The notes below the pieces were generated by a model. The model had not been told where the DNA came from and searched no databases. It was given only the letters and a program-made list of their open reading frames with translations. This document shows positions 59,370-64,000 of a DNA stretch of 64,000 bases, piece by piece. The stretch spans positions 1,736,001-1,800,000 of the forward strand of contig CM075991.1 of the NCBI GenBank assembly GCA_038087875.1, in the 5' to 3' direction. This DNA is from Malacoraja senta. Lineage: Eukaryota. How positions within the stretch are numbered: position 1 is the stretch's first letter; each line of letters begins with the position of its first letter. The position numbers and the translations under genes are program-made.

Positions 59370-61340
59370 TAGACAATACACAATAGGCAACGGGTGCAGG
59401 AGTAGGCCATTCGGCTCTTCAAGCCAGCACCGCCATTCACTGTGATCATATTGATCATCCACAATCAGAACCCCTTTCCTGTCTTCTCCCCATATCCCTT
59501 GAATCCGCTACCTTTAGGAGCTCTTTAACTCACTCTTGAAAGCATCTAGAGAATTGTATAATTCTACAACTGTGGGACCTCTTTGCTCCTATACTTAATT
59601 CACTTTGTTATGAAGGCCAACATGACATTAGCTTTCTTCACTGCCTGCTGTATCTGCATGCTTTCAGTGACTGCTGAACAAGGACACACAGATCTCGTTG
59701 TACATCCCCTTTTCTTAACTTGACACCATTCAGATAATAATTTACCTCCCCGTTCTTGCCACGAAAGTGGATAACCTCACATTTATCCACATTAAACTCC
59801 ATCTGCCATGCCTCTGCCCACTCACCTAACCTGTCCAAGTCACCCTGCATCCTCAAAGCATTCTCCTCACAGTTCACACTACCACCCAGCTTTGCGTCAT
59901 CTGCAAATTTGCTAATGTCACTCTTAATCCCTTCATCTAAATCATTAATGTATATTGTTAATAGCTGTGTTCCCAGCACCGAGCCCACTAGTCTCTGCCT
60001 GCCATTCTGAAAGGGACCTGTTAATCCCTACTCTTTGATTCCTGTCTGCCAACCAATTTTCTATCCATGTCAGTACCTACCCCCAATCGCATGTGCTCTA
60101 ATTCTGCCCACTAATCTCCTATGCGGGACCTTATCAAAGTATTTCTGAACGTCCAGGTACACTACATCCAATGGCTCTCCCTTGTTCACTTTCCTAGTTA
60201 CATCCTCAGAAAATTCCAGAAGATTAGTCAAGCATGATTTCCCCTTCGTAAATCCATGCTCGGACCGACCCTGTTACTGCTATCCAAATATGCCGCTATT
60301 TAATCTTTTATAATTGACTCCAACAGCTTCCCCACTACCGATGTCAGGCCAACTGGTCTATAATCCCCTGTTTTTTCTCTCTCCCTCCTTTCTTAAAAAG
60401 TGGGATAACATTGGCTACCTTCCAATCCACAGGACTGATCCTGAATCTATAAAACGTTGGAAAATGATCGCCAATTCATCCACGATTTCTAGAGCCACTT
60501 CCTTAAGTACCCTGGGATGCAGACCACCTGGCCCTGGGGGTTTATCAATCGTCAGTCTACCCAACAGCATTTCCTGCCTAATGTGAAATTCCTTCAGTTC
60601 CTCCGTCGCCCTAGATTCAAGATGCAAGAGAGTTTATTGTCATGTGACCCTAGGTCCTCTGGCCACTAATACATCTGGGAGATTGTTTGTGTCTTCCTTA
60701 GTGAAGACAGATCCAAAGTATCTGTTCAACTCGTCTGCCATTTCCTTGTTCGCCATAATAAATTCACCTGCTTCTGTCCTCAAGGGACCCACATTTGTCT
60801 TAACTATTTTTTCCTCTTCACATGCCTAAAGAAGCTTTTACTATCCTCCTTTATATTCTTGGCTAGCTTGCCTTCGTATCTTATCATTTCTCCCCGTATT
60901 GCCTTTTTAGTTATTTTTTGTTGCTCTTTAAAAGTTTCCCAATCCTCCGTCTTCCCGCTCATCTTTGTTATCTTATACTTCTTCTTTTTTATTTTTACAC
61001 TGTCCTTGACTTCCTTTGGCAGCCACGGTCGCCTCTTACTCCCCTTAGAATCTTTCTTCCTCTTTGGAATGAACTGATCCTGCACCTTCTGTATTGTTCC
61101 CAAAATACCTGCCATTGTTGTTCCACTGTCATCCCTGCTAGGGTATCTTTCCTGTCAACTTTGACCAGCTTCTCCTTCTTGTCTCCATTGTCCCCTTTGC
61201 TCAACTGCAATACTGACACTTCCAATTTTCCCTTCTTGCTCTCAAATTTTAGATTAAAACGTATGATATTATGGTCACTACCTCCTAATGGCTCCTCTAC
61301 ATTGAGTTCCCTGATCAAATCCGGTTCATTACACTCTGCC
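59370..61340 (-). mobile_element. CR1 LINE ORF2 fragment with internal deletions
   Basis: GSDHNIIRF, KPPGPGGLHPRVLKE, YINDLDEGI..KFADD; tail at ~59370-59385. Confidence 0.9.
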
Positions 61341-61344
61341 AAAA

Positions 61345-62612
61345 ATCGGCCGCCCATCAAAACTGCAGAGCACGATAGAATCCTTCCACATCAACACGAA
61401 GGGAACAGTGCAGTTCAATGGCAGCTTCTTGGAGCCCTTCGACATCTGCAGTGGCATAAAACAAGGCTGTGTACTCGCTCCCGCACTCTTTGGGATTTTC
61501 GTCGCTCAGCTCCTGAAACGTGCCTTTGGCACTGGAACAGTGGGGATCTATCTGCGTACTAGATCAGATGGCAGGTTCTTCAACCTCACCCGCCTCAGAG
61601 CAAAGACAAAGGTACGTGAAGCTCTCATCAGAGATATGTTGTTTGCCGATGAGGCTGCAGTTGTGTCCCACACCCAGCAGGAACTACAGTCACTGATGGA
61701 CCGCTTCTATCGTGCATGCAAGGATTTCGGGCCGACCAGCAGCCTGAAGAAGACGAACGTCTTGGGGCAGGATACAGAGGCGCCGCCTGTCATCACCATC
61801 GACTACTATGAACTTGATGCCATCCATCAGTTCACGTACCTCGGCTCCACCATCACCAACAACCTCTCCTTGGACACAGAGATTGATAAGAGGATCGGGA
61901 AGGCAGCTATAACTTTCGCCCGCCTCACAACTCGAGTGTGGGCCAACCCAAAGTTGACAATGAAGACAAAGATAGCAGTCTACTACGCCTGTGTCAACAG
62001 AACGCTGCTATTCGGCAGTGAGACATGGACTATATATGCCAGACAGGAGAGAAGACTCAACACCTTCCACCTTAGAAGCATCGGCCGTATCCTGGGCATA
62101 TCGTGGCAAGACAGAGGGTCCAACGTCGAGATCCTGTCTCGCAGTGGCCTTCGTAGTATGTACACTCTGCTCAGGCAGCGCAGACTGCGGTGGCTGGGCC
62201 ATGTCCACCGCATGGAGGATGGCTGTATTCCAAAAGACTTCCTCTATGGAGAGCTGACACCTGGGAGGAGAACCATCGGCCGCACCCAGCTACGTTACAA
62301 GGATGTCTACAAGAGGGATATGAAGGCGCTCGACATCGACGTGGAGTCCTGGGAGAGCCTTGCAGCTGACCGCATGATGTGGAGAGATACCCTGAACCAA
62401 CATCTCAAACAGGGGAAGAGAAACTGGGGAAGGGAAAGCGGGCACGCAGAAAGGAGCGCAGCAACTTCAACAAACCAGAGACCACACACAAGTGTGACCT
62501 TTGCCACAGAGACTGTCAGTCCCGCAGTAGTCTCTTCAGCCACAGGTTTGGAACAAGCAGCCAACAACTAGCATGCACCACCTATGGTCAGTCATGACCG
62601 AGGCGGGCCTAC
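61345..62612 (+). mobile_element. RTE-clade (BovB-like) LINE, 5'-truncated
   Basis: ORF 61408-62571: GIKQGCVLAPALF, DMLFADE, FTYLGS, RRLRWLGHVHRM. C-terminal Zn finger CDLC...H in a shifted frame. Confidence 0.9.
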
Positions 62613-62959
62613 GATCCATACCGACTCCACATCTCCTGATTAAATGTGACTCCCAGCAAGGGACTGAATTTCATTCCTCACCAACAGAGCTACCCCACCC
62701 CCAGTTTTATTACGGGTGACAGTTATAGCATGAACCTGCTGCACATTTATATCTTGGCAGAAGTGTTTGTAGGTTTGTGACGCGCTGTCAGAGTGGGCTG
62801 GATGAGTAACTGCAATCTAATTTGTTGTTGTACACCCAACAACCATTGTGCGCTGGTGCTGGAGGGAAAGGGTGTTGAGGGCGGTGATGTGGTGCCAATC
62901 TATCGGATGCTTTCTCCTAAATGTTTCTAGCCGTTTGAATGTTGTTGCAGCTGCATTCA

Positions 62960-63185
62960 TCCGCCCACCAGCGATCCCAGCATACTAACACTATCTTACC
63001 CCACTAGGGACAATTTTACTAAGCTAATGAACCTACAAACCTTTACGTATTTGGTGCGTGGGAGGAAACCGGAGTTCCCGGAGAAAACCCTCGCAGGTCA
63101 TGGGGTCAGCGTACAAACTCGGAGAGGATCGAACACGGGGCTCTTGACACGTAAGACAGCAACTTTAGCGCTGCGCCACTGTGTC
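62960..63185 (-). mobile_element. HE1-type SINE, decayed
   Basis: Reverse complement starts ...cacagtggcgcagcgctaaagttgctgtcttac. Confidence 0.75.
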
Positions 63186-63229
63186 TCCTCTTGTTGAGGT
63201 TAATATGAAAAACCTCATAGCACCAGTAC

Positions 63230-63480
63230 CTTAGAATAAAGGACGTACCTTTATGATGAACATGAGGAGGAATGTGTTTAGTCAGCCGGATGGTGAATCT
63301 GCGGAATTCATTGTGGAGGTCACATTGAGGAGTTTGACAGATTCTTGATTTGTAAAAGGTGTGAAAGGTTGTGGGGAGAAGGTGGGAGATTAGGGTTGAG
63401 AGTGAAAGATAGATATCCCACGAATGGATGGCAGGGTAGAATCGATGGGCCGAATGGCCTACTTCTGCTCCAATTATTTA
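63230..63480 (+). mobile_element. CR1 3' end fragment
   Basis: 3' UTR gggccgaatggcctacttctgctcc. Confidence 0.7.
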
Positions 63481-64000
63481 TGCACCATTAAAAGACTAAA
63501 GGAAGGAACGCCATGAGAGGGGGGGGGGAGAAAAAAAGAGGGACCTGGCACTTTGGAAGCGCCCTTCATTGGGCCGCTCTTTGCATACATTGGGTATGTA
63601 AGAATTTCACTGTGACTTGTCACATGTGACAATGAAGTATTCATTCATTCATTCACTGTCAAATATGCATTTACCAAAACCGTTCTCAGCGAACTAAGTA
63701 TTGAACAATTAAATTTTCAACACTTAAATAAACATAAATCTAGATGTGGTCTTAAAAGGACAATTTATAATTGGAGCATTTTGCCCAGGTTATTTAAATT
63801 TCCCTACAGGGCGACAGTGTTCCGTGTTTCATGTACCGTGATACTCAGGCCCTCACTAACACCATTGTCATTCAAGTTATCTTTATTATTTGTCCTAGAT
63901 GATATTATTGATGGTTCATCCAGTGAGGGTGTATGAGCGGGGCTGAGAAATTAAAAAGGAATGATCACCACTGTCTCCCCATCTCCTCAGGCACGCAACC

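Overview
This is eukaryotic, transposon-dense DNA, most likely from a cartilaginous fish (skate, ray or shark). That is inferred from HE1-type tRNA-derived SINEs and abundant CR1 and Penelope copies. The only host gene is a multi-exon, plus-strand group-B SRCR (scavenger receptor cysteine-rich) type-I membrane receptor of the CD163/WC1/SCART type, spanning ~14.3-53.0 kb. It has seven SRCR exons (one truncated), a transmembrane exon and tyrosine-motif cytoplasmic exons. Several lesions (in-frame stop, frameshift, truncated exon, damaged splice sites) suggest a pseudogene or a decaying paralogue. Introns and flanks hold two L1 copies, a near-intact CR1, many CR1/Rex1/RTE fragments, and a young internally deleted Mag-type Gypsy LTR element nested in a Penelope element. 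They also hold Neptune-type Penelope elements whose ends carry minimal hammerhead-ribozyme cores, including tiny fold-back insertions with target-site duplications. Further elements are a tandem non-autonomous Helitron carrying minisatellites and an unusual ~1.2-kb fold-back DNA transposon with a THAP-domain exon in each inverted arm. There are no CRISPR arrays or rRNA genes and no convincing free-standing tRNA genes. All calls come from reading the sequence by eye; boundaries marked '~' are approximate.
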